From Gemmatimonadota bacterium (GTDB lineage: Bacteria > Latescibacterota > UBA2968 > UBA8231), in NCBI GenBank assembly GCA_038128265.1, contig JAYPJE010000031.1:1-49971 (forward strand): DNA of 49,971 bases, read 5' to 3'. Made by a program: the position numbers and the translations under genes. This document shows, in pieces, positions 1-8,558 of the stretch. The notes beneath the pieces are model-generated. The model saw only the letters and a list, made by a program, of their open reading frames with translations. It searched no databases and was not told the DNA's origin. Numbering within the stretch: the first letter of the stretch is position 1; every line of letters begins with the position of its first letter.

Positions 1-2
1 TT

Positions 3-398
3 TTGGAGGGGTGGCGCGAAAGTGTCTATCCCGGCGGCTGCTCGCACGCCGGCGAGTTGGAGACGTCGATGCTGCTCTACCTCTCGCCCGAGAGCGTGCG
101 CAAAGACAAGATCAAGAGCGAGATTGCGTATACCAACAAGCGCGGCTCACAGTACCTGTGGACGGATCTCTTTGCTTCGGGACCGATGAATATCGTCGAG
201 TGGACGAGTCAGTATTCGAAGAGCGGCGTCATGGGCGAAGCGGAGAAGGCCACTGCCGAGAAGGGGCGCCTCGCATTTGAGGAGGCGAGCAAGAATCTGG
301 CCGGATTTGTCGAGGAATACCACGGAATGGAGATCATGCAGCGCGAGCCCAAGCAGGCGACGCCTCCGACGTTCCCGCTGTCGTTTCCTACGGACTGA
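3..398 (+). CDS. Creatininase/MftE-family amidohydrolase, C-terminal part (5'-truncated by the window edge)
   Basis: HAGELETS metal-binding motif and the typical tail SGVMG...ATAEKG; frame is open from the window start. Confidence 0.85.
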   Translation: MEGWRESVYPGGCSHAGELETSMLLYLSPESVRKDKIKSEIAYTNKRGSQYLWTDLFASGPMNIVEWTSQYSKSGVMGEAEKATAEKGRLAFEEASKNLAGFVEEYHGMEIMQREPKQATPPTFPLSFPTD

Positions 399-431
399 GA
401 TCCAAATATGGAGGAGAGCCGTATTGCTGCC

Positions 432-1004
432 CTAGAGCGGCGATACGGCCTCGTTATCTACGCGGTAGCGCGCCGCACAGGCAGGGCACGCCGTTTCGCC
501 TAGTGGATCGGGCAGGCGCACGCCGCAGCGGCACACCCAGCCGATCCGGCGCCCCGGCACGCCGACGACCAGGCCGTATGCGGGGATGTTGGATGTGACG
601 ACGGCGCCGGCACCCACCATGGCGTACTCACCGATATCCCAGCCACAGACAATAGTGCAGTTGGCGCCTAGCGTAGCCCCGCGTCCGACCCGCGTCTGGC
701 GAAATTCATTTTTGCGCTCGATAAAGGCGCGCGGGTTGATAACGTTGGTAAAGACCATGGAGGGTCCGCAGAATACCTCGTCTTCCAGCGTGACGCCCTT
801 GTAGACGGAGACGTTGTTCTGTATTTTGCAGCCGTTGCCGATCTGCACGTCGCGGTCTATATAGACATTTTGGCCAATATTGCACCCCGCGCCGATATGA
901 GCGCCGGACATGACGTGGCAAAAATGCCAGATAGACGTTTGTGCACCGATGTGCACGGGATCGTCGACCTTGGCAGTCTCGTGGACGAAGTACTCAGCGG
1001 ACAT
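432..1004 (-). CDS. Hexapeptide-repeat sugar N-acetyltransferase (WbpD/WlbB-like)
   Basis: IWHFCHV, NIGQNV, KIQNNVSVYKGV, CGPSMVFTNVINPR, and a C-terminal CxC...CxxC zinc ribbon; start taken at MSAEY (ATG at 1004). Confidence 0.85.
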   Translation of the reverse strand: MSAEYFVHETAKVDDPVHIGAQTSIWHFCHVMSGAHIGAGCNIGQNVYIDRDVQIGNGCKIQNNVSVYKGVTLEDEVFCGPSMVFTNVINPRAFIERKNEFRQTRVGRGATLGANCTIVCGWDIGEYAMVGAGAVVTSNIPAYGLVVGVPGRRIGWVCRCGVRLPDPLGETACPACAARYRVDNEAVSPL

Positions 1005-1081
1005 GTGGACTCCATTCGGGTGAAACGCGTTGGGAATGCAGCGCACGCCAAATATACGCACAGGTAAAGGGAGGATACAGT

Positions 1082-2050
1082 ATGAAACTGGCCACATTTA
1101 GCGCCGGCGGTCAACAGCGCTTGGGAGCGATTGTCGCCGATGATTCCGTCGCCGTTGATTTGGCGCGCGCCGAGCAGGCGCTGGCGCGCAAAGAGAAGCG
1201 CACGGCACACGCCTTTTTCGGCGATATGCTCAGCCTGCTCGAAGCGGGTAATAAGGGCCTAAGCGCGGCCAAGAAAGCGGCCAAAGCGGCCGAGGCCAAG
1301 CTCGGCAAACCCGACGGCAAGACGTCGTTTGCCCTGTCGCGCGTTCGGCTGCGTGCGCCCGTGCCCAACCCGCGCAAGGTCTTCTGCCTGGCCGGCAACT
1401 ACCAAGATCACATCGAAGAAGGCGGCCGCGCCAAGCTAGCTATTCAAGACAAGGAGACGCCGCGCGTCTTTATGAAGCCGCCGACCACGACCGTCGTCGG
1501 TCCCGGCGATAAAATCCTCATTCCGCCGATTGCCAACTCGATCGATTGGGAAGGCGAGTTGGCCGTTGTCATGGGCCGCACGTGCAAGGGGGTCAAGGCC
1601 AAGGATGCGCTGAAGTACGTCGCCGGCTACACGGTAATGAACGACGTTTCAGAGCGCGAGCTGCGCATCAAAAAGCGCACGGATAGCCGGCCGCGCGACG
1701 AGTGGTTTGACTGGCTTAACGGCAAGTGGCTGGATACCTTCGCGCCGCAGGGGCCGTGGCTGGTTACGCGCGACGAGATTCCCGATCCGCAGGTGCTCGA
1801 TATCAGCACCTTTATCAACGGCGAGCGCAAGCAGCACAACAATACCGGCCAGATGCTCTATCCGGTCAATAAGATTATCGAATATATTTCGGCGATCATA
1901 ACCCTGGAGCCCGGCGACTTGATTAGCACCGGCACCATCTCCGGAGTCGGTGCGACCACCGGCACCTTTATGCAGCCTGGTGACAAGGTGCAGGTGGAGA
2001 TTTCTCGGATTGGCGTGCTGAAAAACAGCGTGGCCGCCAGCAAGAAATAG
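1082..2050 (+). CDS. Fumarylacetoacetate hydrolase family protein
   Basis: KVFCLAGNY, FMKP, DWEGELAVV, NDVSER, GKWLDTFAPQGP and PGDLISTGT motifs; GGAGG RBS before the ATG at 1082. Confidence 0.92.
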   Translation: MKLATFSAGGQQRLGAIVADDSVAVDLARAEQALARKEKRTAHAFFGDMLSLLEAGNKGLSAAKKAAKAAEAKLGKPDGKTSFALSRVRLRAPVPNPRKVFCLAGNYQDHIEEGGRAKLAIQDKETPRVFMKPPTTTVVGPGDKILIPPIANSIDWEGELAVVMGRTCKGVKAKDALKYVAGYTVMNDVSERELRIKKRTDSRPRDEWFDWLNGKWLDTFAPQGPWLVTRDEIPDPQVLDISTFINGERKQHNNTGQMLYPVNKIIEYISAIITLEPGDLISTGTISGVGATTGTFMQPGDKVQVEISRIGVLKNSVAASKK

Positions 2051-2056
2051 TCCTAC

Positions 2057-3277
2057 TTGGACAGTGAGCAAAATGGGGCAGAGGCCGCAAGCGGCCTGCT
2101 GAGCCGCGCCTTTGCGGTCCTCTGCCTCGTCTACTTCCTCAACAGCTTTCTATCGGCGCCGTTTTCCGCGCTCTTCCCCGTTTACATAGAAGCCGACCTA
2201 GCGCGTCCGCCGTGGTTTACCGGCTATCTGCGCGCACTGATGCTGCTGCTGGGCGGGATCTTTGCGGTTATTGCCGGCCGTCTCTGCGATCGACTGGGCC
2301 TCAAGGTTACGCTGATCATCGGTCTGGCCGGCTCGGCGCTTACCGGCCTCGTATTTCGCACGGGCGATCCGGCTGGCCTGTCGCTGTTGCTCTTTCTGAT
2401 GGGCGCGGCTAGCGGTCCTTGGTCGACGGCGGGCCAGAGCATCCTCATTCGCGCCGTTAAGCCGACGCATCTAGGCGTGGGCGGGGCGCTCTATTTTCTC
2501 AGCAACACGCTGGGCAATTCGCTGGGTAGCCTGTGCGTGGGACTGGTCAAGACAGACTGGTCGTTTGCGCAGATCGGCGTGGCGATGAGCGCGGGCATGT
2601 TGGGCGTCATTGCTCTGGCGGGCCTGCTGCTGCCTGGCGATAGGGCGCCGACAGCGCACAGCCAGGAGAGGGATCATGCCTCGCTGTGGACGGCCTACAG
2701 ACCGCTGCTGCTGCGCGGGGAGATTTGGCTGCTGCTGAGCCTGCGCCTGACGATTACCACATTCTGGGGCATGGCGACGCTGGCCATGCCGCTGATGATC
2801 TATCGCGTGGGGCAGAGTGAGGCGCTGCCGGCCTATTTTGCCTCCGTTTCGCTGGTTGTCGCCGCGGCGTGTCAGTTGGGTACGGGCGTGCTCAACGACC
2901 GATTGGGCCATAAAAAGCCGCTGCTCTTTGCCGCCGCCGGCATCTGCCTGAGCGCGCTGGGCATGGCGCTCTTTCGCGATTCGCTGCCCGGGCTCTTTGT
3001 CTTTGGGACGGCGCTAACGGGCACGGCGTGGGCCGTATCCACCCTCATTCCCAAGCTGATTAACGACGTGGCCGGCCCCGATGAGAAGAATCGCTTGGTT
3101 GGCCTGGGACATATGGCGTGGAGTGCTTCGATGGTCAGCGGCAGTCTGATCGGTGGCTATTTGATCGACCTGCACCCGGCGCTGCCCTTTGTTATTGGTG
3201 CACTGCTGGCGGCTGGCGGAACGTTTGGCGCTTGGCGCCTATGCGTCTATCTGGACAACAGGAGCAGCGGGGCTTAG
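2057..3277 (+). CDS. MFS transporter
   Basis: About 12 hydrophobic segments; motif A variants GRLCDRLGLK and GVLNDRLGHK; TTG start uncertain. Confidence 0.85.
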   Translation: MDSEQNGAEAASGLLSRAFAVLCLVYFLNSFLSAPFSALFPVYIEADLARPPWFTGYLRALMLLLGGIFAVIAGRLCDRLGLKVTLIIGLAGSALTGLVFRTGDPAGLSLLLFLMGAASGPWSTAGQSILIRAVKPTHLGVGGALYFLSNTLGNSLGSLCVGLVKTDWSFAQIGVAMSAGMLGVIALAGLLLPGDRAPTAHSQERDHASLWTAYRPLLLRGEIWLLLSLRLTITTFWGMATLAMPLMIYRVGQSEALPAYFASVSLVVAAACQLGTGVLNDRLGHKKPLLFAAAGICLSALGMALFRDSLPGLFVFGTALTGTAWAVSTLIPKLINDVAGPDEKNRLVGLGHMAWSASMVSGSLIGGYLIDLHPALPFVIGALLAAGGTFGAWRLCVYLDNRSSGA

Positions 3278-3346
3278 AATAGGGGACCGCGTTAACCCAA
3301 ACAAGCGCTACGCTCCGTTGCCTACCGGCGGAACGGGCGCACGGCC

Positions 3347-4486
3347 ATGCAAAAACTTCGCCTATTATTGGTTACGCTATCGCACTTCTGCGTCGATAGC
3401 TATGCCACCCTGCTGCAGCCCGTGCTGCCCTTGCTCAAAGCCAACTTGGGTCTGAGTCTCGCGCAGACGGGCTTTCTGGGCACCATTGTTTCGATCTGCA
3501 ATATAAGTCAGCCCTTGATGGGCCTGTGGGCCGACCGCATGGGGCGTCGTTATCTGGTCATTGCAGGGCTGCTGCTGTGCTCCATTTTTTCGCCTCTGAT
3601 GGGCGTGGCCCCTAGTTATGCGCTGCTGGTGATCGCGCTGGCGCTTGGTGGCATCGGCGTGGCCGCTTTCCATCCGCAGGTCTTTTCGCTGGCCGGCGAG
3701 TTGAGCGGCGAACGGCGTTCGTTCGGCTTGGCGCTCTTTATCTTTGGCGGCACGATGGGGTTGGGGCTGGCCCCACTATGGTTGCCGCTCTACGCCGAGA
3801 AGATCGGTTTGCAGGCTCTGCCGCTGGTCTCTATTCCCGGTTTGCTCTTTGTGCTCCTGCTGATTCGCTTTGTGCCGCTGGACAATCCGCACTTTAGCGA
3901 GGGGCGCACAGCGGCCAACTGGCGCCTGCTGGGGCGACATGCCGGACCGCTGGCGCTGATTACGCTTATCGTGGTGATGCGCTCGGTAACGGGTTTGGGC
4001 TTTGGCACCTTCCTGTCGCTGCTGGCAGAAGAGCGCGGATTGGATCTGGTTATGGGTGGGGTTGCGCTGGGCATCTACAACATCGCCGGCGTCGTCGGTG
4101 CGCTCATCGCCGGTTATATGGCCGATCGCATCTCTCCCAAAGCGATTGTCTGCGCCTCGCTCTTTCTCTCCGCTCCGCCACTCTACGTCTTCGTATCGAC
4201 GGGTGATGTGATGACCGGATACCTGCTGCTGGCGGTGGGTGGTGGCCTGTTGCTGGCCTCCAATTCGATTATGGTGGCCCTAGCGCAGGAACTCGCGCCA
4301 GAAAATTCGGGACTGGCCTCGAGTCTGCCGCTGGGTCTGAGCTGGGGGTTGGCCAGCACCAGTCTGCCGATCATCGGCGGAATGGCCGATCAAATTGGCG
4401 TTGCCGAAACGCTGAAATACCTCGCACTATTGCCTGTATTAACGGGTGTATTTGCCCTCTTTTTGCCCTCTGCAAACAGGAATTGA
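3347..4486 (+). CDS. MFS transporter, Fsr (fosmidomycin-resistance)-like family
   Basis: SHFCVDSY, QPLMGLWADRMGRR, GIGVAAFHP and GYMADRIS motifs. Confidence 0.85.
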   Translation: MQKLRLLLVTLSHFCVDSYATLLQPVLPLLKANLGLSLAQTGFLGTIVSICNISQPLMGLWADRMGRRYLVIAGLLLCSIFSPLMGVAPSYALLVIALALGGIGVAAFHPQVFSLAGELSGERRSFGLALFIFGGTMGLGLAPLWLPLYAEKIGLQALPLVSIPGLLFVLLLIRFVPLDNPHFSEGRTAANWRLLGRHAGPLALITLIVVMRSVTGLGFGTFLSLLAEERGLDLVMGGVALGIYNIAGVVGALIAGYMADRISPKAIVCASLFLSAPPLYVFVSTGDVMTGYLLLAVGGGLLLASNSIMVALAQELAPENSGLASSLPLGLSWGLASTSLPIIGGMADQIGVAETLKYLALLPVLTGVFALFLPSANRN

Positions 4487-4487
4487 T

Positions 4488-5273
4488 ATGGCTGATAGAC
4501 TGCTCTTACTGACGCGCGAACAGAAAGAATCCTTTGACGCCGATGGCTTTTTGCACCTAAAGGGCTTTTATGGTGCGGCGGAGATGGAAGAGATGCGCCG
4601 TCAGTTTGCCGCGTTGGTAACGGATACGGAAGGGCGGCCCAAGAATATGAGCTATGCGTTTATGGACAGCCCGGAAGGCTACGAGCCCGATGCGTACAAT
4701 CCCAAGAATGTAGTGGGGATGATGGATCAAACGCTGGCCAACGACTACTGGTTTGACCAGTTTACCGAGCCGCGCATCGTGTCGGTTATGTGCGACTTGC
4801 TGGGCCCCAATATCGATTTTCACAATGGCAAAGTGCGCAACAAACCGCCGGGTTTTACCTGCGCGCAGGGCTGGCATCAGGACTGGCCCTACGAGCGCCA
4901 TTCGCATCCCGACTTGGCCGCTGCCATCACCTATCTCGATCCGACCGACTTTGAGGCGGGAGCGACGGAAGCCGTGCCCGGCAGCCATCTTAACGGAGAG
5001 TGGCCCACGCAGGAAGGAAGCCACACGATTTCCGATGCGGCCGTTCCCGACGGTGAGCACGTCGTGGTGTGCGCCGAACCCGGCGACGTATTGGTGATCC
5101 ACGTGCTGGTCGTGCACCGGGCGGGTCACAACTATACGCCGCGCGCGCGCCATGCCATAATCAATGAGTACAAGACGGCCGAGGCGATTGACCAGTGGAA
5201 CAATCGCTGCGCCTTTGCTGGCCTGCCGCTGACGCGCAACCGCCGACTGCTTATGCCGCGGGTGTCGGCGTAA
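4488..5273 (+). CDS. PhyH-family 2-oxoglutarate/Fe(II) dioxygenase
   Basis: F..DGF N-terminus, KPPG...WHQD, VPGSH, HRAGHN...R; ATG at 4488 directly after the upstream stop. Confidence 0.9.
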   Translation: MADRLLLLTREQKESFDADGFLHLKGFYGAAEMEEMRRQFAALVTDTEGRPKNMSYAFMDSPEGYEPDAYNPKNVVGMMDQTLANDYWFDQFTEPRIVSVMCDLLGPNIDFHNGKVRNKPPGFTCAQGWHQDWPYERHSHPDLAAAITYLDPTDFEAGATEAVPGSHLNGEWPTQEGSHTISDAAVPDGEHVVVCAEPGDVLVIHVLVVHRAGHNYTPRARHAIINEYKTAEAIDQWNNRCAFAGLPLTRNRRLLMPRVSA

Positions 5274-5408
5274 AGAGTGCGGTCAGGCATTGTGATCATC
5301 CTGAACAGTTTCCCAACGGCGAGCGCAATATGAGCGCCGTGCATTTGCCGTGCGATCGGCACGCAGATTTGTGTACCGCTCGTGCCTACTAGCTCATAGG
5401 AGAACTTC

Positions 5409-6047
5409 ATGTACGAAGAATGGAAACCGATTTATACGGCGCTGGTCTGCGATATAATGGACCAGCTCGGCCGGCGCGATCAGGCGATGAGTTACGATAT
5501 TCGCCCCAGCCATCCGGACGCGCATATTGCCGGCACGGCGGTTACGCTCGACGCCTATGCCAACCATCAGGCACACGATGATCCCTACGGTCAGATCTTT
5601 GCCGCCTACGACGTGGCCAACGCGGGCGACGTATTTGTCGTGGCGACCAACGGCGAATGCCGCTCGGGCCTGTGGGGCGAACTGCTGTCGACCGCGGCTA
5701 AGGCCCGGGGCGTCGAGTCGGTGGTGACCGATGGGCTGGTACGCGATATCCGCCAAATGAATGGCATGGGATTTAACTGCTTTAGCAAGGGCTATTCGCC
5801 GCTCGACTCGGCCGGGCGCATCGTGCCCGAGTCGGTTAACGAGCCGATTCTCTGTGGTGGGGTGCAGGTGTATCCCGGTGACTTCGTGCTGGCCGACTAC
5901 GACGGCGTCGCCGTTATCCCGGCGGCGATAAGGGACGAAGTGTACAAGAAGTCGATGGAAAAATTGGAGGGTGAGAACACGGTGCGCGACGAATTGGCCT
6001 CAGGGCGCTCACCGCGCGAAGTGTTTGACGAGTACGGCATTCTTTAA
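5409..6047 (+). CDS. RraA/HMG-aldolase family protein
   Basis: TALVCDIMD, GTAVT, WGEL, DGLVRD and GDFVLADYDGV motifs; AGGAG RBS. Confidence 0.9.
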   Translation: MYEEWKPIYTALVCDIMDQLGRRDQAMSYDIRPSHPDAHIAGTAVTLDAYANHQAHDDPYGQIFAAYDVANAGDVFVVATNGECRSGLWGELLSTAAKARGVESVVTDGLVRDIRQMNGMGFNCFSKGYSPLDSAGRIVPESVNEPILCGGVQVYPGDFVLADYDGVAVIPAAIRDEVYKKSMEKLEGENTVRDELASGRSPREVFDEYGIL

Positions 6048-6073
6048 GCGCGCTCGTGCGGTGCCGTTGCGCG

Positions 6074-6961
6074 TTATAAGCTCGTGCGAGTTATTGAGTC
6101 GACGGTGTCGCGCAGCTGTTTGGGGTCGATGGGCTTTTCGACGAATGCGTTGAAGTTGTAGTTGCGCAGCGAGTCGATGTCGAGCGCACCCGACGTGGCG
6201 ACAATGGGCAGGTCGGGGTAGAGCGTGCGCAAATTCATCAAGAGCGTGCATCCGTCCATCTGCGGCATGCGAATATCGGTTATGACCAGGTCGAGCGCCC
6301 GCGCACTCATGATATCGAGCGCTTCGCTGCCGCCGCTGGCCTCGTAGACTTCGCAGTGTGCGAGAATTTGCCTGACCAGCCAGCGGCATTCGGGCTCGTC
6401 GTCGACGACCAGAACCTTGGGCAGTTCCACCGCTTGCACCGACTGCAGCTGTGCGGTTACTTCGCGCAGCTGCTCCTCCAACAGTTCGATTCGATCCCTA
6501 AGGTGCTGTTGCTGTTCTGTTTCGCCCTGGCGATTGCGCTGCTGGCGCTGGCGAGTGAGGATCTGCGTCATATTGCGGTATATGGCCAACTGGGCGTCTC
6601 TGTCGCTGTCGAGGACGTCGAGAAAGAGCTGGCGCGCGATGGATAGTATGTGGCAGGTGCCCAGCGTCTGCACGTCGGTTGAGAACGTCTGGTCGGACAG
6701 AATTTCTACACCGCCGATGAGGGCAAATGCGCGCAGGCTGTCCGCCTCTGCTGCGTCGGAGCGCCGCCGCGAGCATTCCCCCGAGCAGAGAATCAGCAGC
6801 TCAGTAGGCGAATCGCCGGCCGAACACAGCACCTGCCCCGGCTCCTGGATGCGGTGTTCGCTTACGGCCAGCAGCGCGCGCAGGGCGTTGGCTGAAACGC
6901 CGTCAAAGAGATCGATTCTGCCGATTACCTGTACGAGTACGTCGCTGGGTGCTTTGGACAT
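6074..6961 (-). CDS. Signalling protein: cyclic-nucleotide-binding-like domain, coiled coil and C-terminal receiver domain
   Basis: N-terminal cNMP-like pattern (IDLFDGVS...PGQVLCSAGD); Q/E/R-rich linker; receiver motifs VLVVDDE, ITDIRMP, ATSG, KP; start at MSKAP assumed. Confidence 0.8.
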   Translation of the reverse strand: MSKAPSDVLVQVIGRIDLFDGVSANALRALLAVSEHRIQEPGQVLCSAGDSPTELLILCSGECSRRRSDAAEADSLRAFALIGGVEILSDQTFSTDVQTLGTCHILSIARQLFLDVLDSDRDAQLAIYRNMTQILTRQRQQRNRQGETEQQQHLRDRIELLEEQLREVTAQLQSVQAVELPKVLVVDDEPECRWLVRQILAHCEVYEASGGSEALDIMSARALDLVITDIRMPQMDGCTLLMNLRTLYPDLPIVATSGALDIDSLRNYNFNAFVEKPIDPKQLRDTVDSITRTSL

Positions 6962-7061
6962 AGGGTTCTGCAGTGCGTTTTTGTAGTGGACGTACACAAA
7001 TATAAGTAAACCCGAAGATCTGTCAGCCGTGCCGATTACCGTGCGATAGTTGCCCAGCTAT

Positions 7062-8450
7062 CTAAGCGAACCAATAGGAAAACAGGTTGGCGCGCTTCAT
7101 GCGAAAGCGCAGGCGCACCGCATGTCCGCGCAGCGCCGCTAGCGGTCGATCAAAGCGCAGTGCCGTCTCCGTGCGGTCTTTTACCATCGGCAGGGACGTA
7201 TAGCCGGGCAGCGGTGATCCTACATCATCGGTCACTTCCACTTGGATATAGCCGCGGCTGTCGGCGTTGACGCAGAGCTGGTCGCCTTCCACGCTCAGCG
7301 GCTTGGTCAGCAGCGAGCCTTCCGCATCGCCTGCCTCTACAGACACAAAGCCGTCGCGGCGCAGCGTCGCCAGTCCTATGGCCGAAGCGTGGGTGCGCTC
7401 TACGCGCGCGAATTTTCGGCCGGTGTGCGGGCCCTGCACGCCGCCGTAGTAGAGATATATTTGGTCGTCGACGGTGATGAACTGTTGGCTGATACGGACC
7501 ATGCCATCTTCCCACGAGCCGCGTTCGCCCAGGCAGAGAAAGGTCTGCCGGTCGAGCACGCGCTGCCAGTGAATGCCGTCGCGACTGCAGGCCAGCGAAG
7601 TGTCGATACAGCCGTCGACGCCCTCGCGGTAGACCCACACCATGCCGATGTAGATACCCTCATAAATGCTGAGTGGCATGCCGTAGAACTGTGTGCCCTC
7701 TTCGTCCCACTCATCGGCAGCAAAAACCGTATGCGGCTGGTCAAAGTGCACGCCGTCGCGACTCTCGGAGCGGGCGATGCGGCGTCCTCCCGATCCCATG
7801 CGTCCAAAGGCTACGTAGGCGGCGAGGCGCTCGTCCCAAACGAGCGACTGCGTCGTATCGCTGCCCAGGGCGATGACCGGATTTTCCTCGCAGTTTTGCC
7901 AGTGAATGCCGTCTGGCGAAAAGGACATCCACATGCCGTCGCCGTCGCCCTGTCCCCAGATTAGGCGCCCCTGGTGCTCTACAAAGGTGTCCGTGCCGCC
8001 GTGTTCCCAGTAGAAGGCTTTGTAGCGCCGCGCTGGATCGGCGTCGTGCTCGTCGTAGAGCAGAGCAAAGCCCTCGCAGTTGCTGCGTCCTACATCTATT
8101 AAATTATTGGCCGTCGAGCCGGCAAAGTCGACCTGGTTTAGCGTCGGTTTGTCCCAGTGCACTCCGTCGCGCGATTCGGCGTAGCCCAACAGCGTGCAGT
8201 TGCCCAACGCGCGTCGGCCGCGAATCTGCACGAAGCCGTCGGCCTGTGGTCCGGTCAGGTACCACATTCTGAACAGCCCATCGCCCGGGTCGCGCAGCGC
8301 CGTTCCATAGAGCGAGGCAAAGCGCTCCCACGGGTGCTCGCCCTGAAGCACGGGGTTGTTCGGATGGCGGTGCGGGGCGTGCATGCGGCGGTGTAGGTGC
8401 TCCATGCGCGTTACGTCATGGAGGTCGAGAAAGAGGTGTCTATAGCCCAT
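7062..8450 (-). CDS. Putative five-bladed beta-propeller glycoside hydrolase-like protein (GH32/43/130 superfamily-like)
   Basis: Repeated S.DG.HW/F boxes (SRDGVHW, SPDGIHW, SRDGVHF, SRDGIHW), NPVL/NPVI, LRRDGFVS and a C-terminal beta-sandwich ending LFSYWF. Confidence 0.6.
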   Translation of the reverse strand: MGYRHLFLDLHDVTRMEHLHRRMHAPHRHPNNPVLQGEHPWERFASLYGTALRDPGDGLFRMWYLTGPQADGFVQIRGRRALGNCTLLGYAESRDGVHWDKPTLNQVDFAGSTANNLIDVGRSNCEGFALLYDEHDADPARRYKAFYWEHGGTDTFVEHQGRLIWGQGDGDGMWMSFSPDGIHWQNCEENPVIALGSDTTQSLVWDERLAAYVAFGRMGSGGRRIARSESRDGVHFDQPHTVFAADEWDEEGTQFYGMPLSIYEGIYIGMVWVYREGVDGCIDTSLACSRDGIHWQRVLDRQTFLCLGERGSWEDGMVRISQQFITVDDQIYLYYGGVQGPHTGRKFARVERTHASAIGLATLRRDGFVSVEAGDAEGSLLTKPLSVEGDQLCVNADSRGYIQVEVTDDVGSPLPGYTSLPMVKDRTETALRFDRPLAALRGHAVRLRFRMKRANLFSYWFA

Positions 8451-8470
8451 GGAATCGGTCCTTTTTGGCC

Positions 8471-8499
8471 AATATGTCCCGCATGTGCGCTTTCGACAA
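8471..8499 (-). promoter_or_regulatory. Putative sigma70-type promoter for the propeller gene
   Basis: Minus strand TTGTCG-N17-CATATT, about 20 nt upstream of the ATG. Confidence 0.4.
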
Positions 8500-8558
8500 G
8501 GGGCGAGGAACGACGGGGTAGCGCCCGGTGCGGAGCGGCAGCCGAAAGAATCGGTCGT

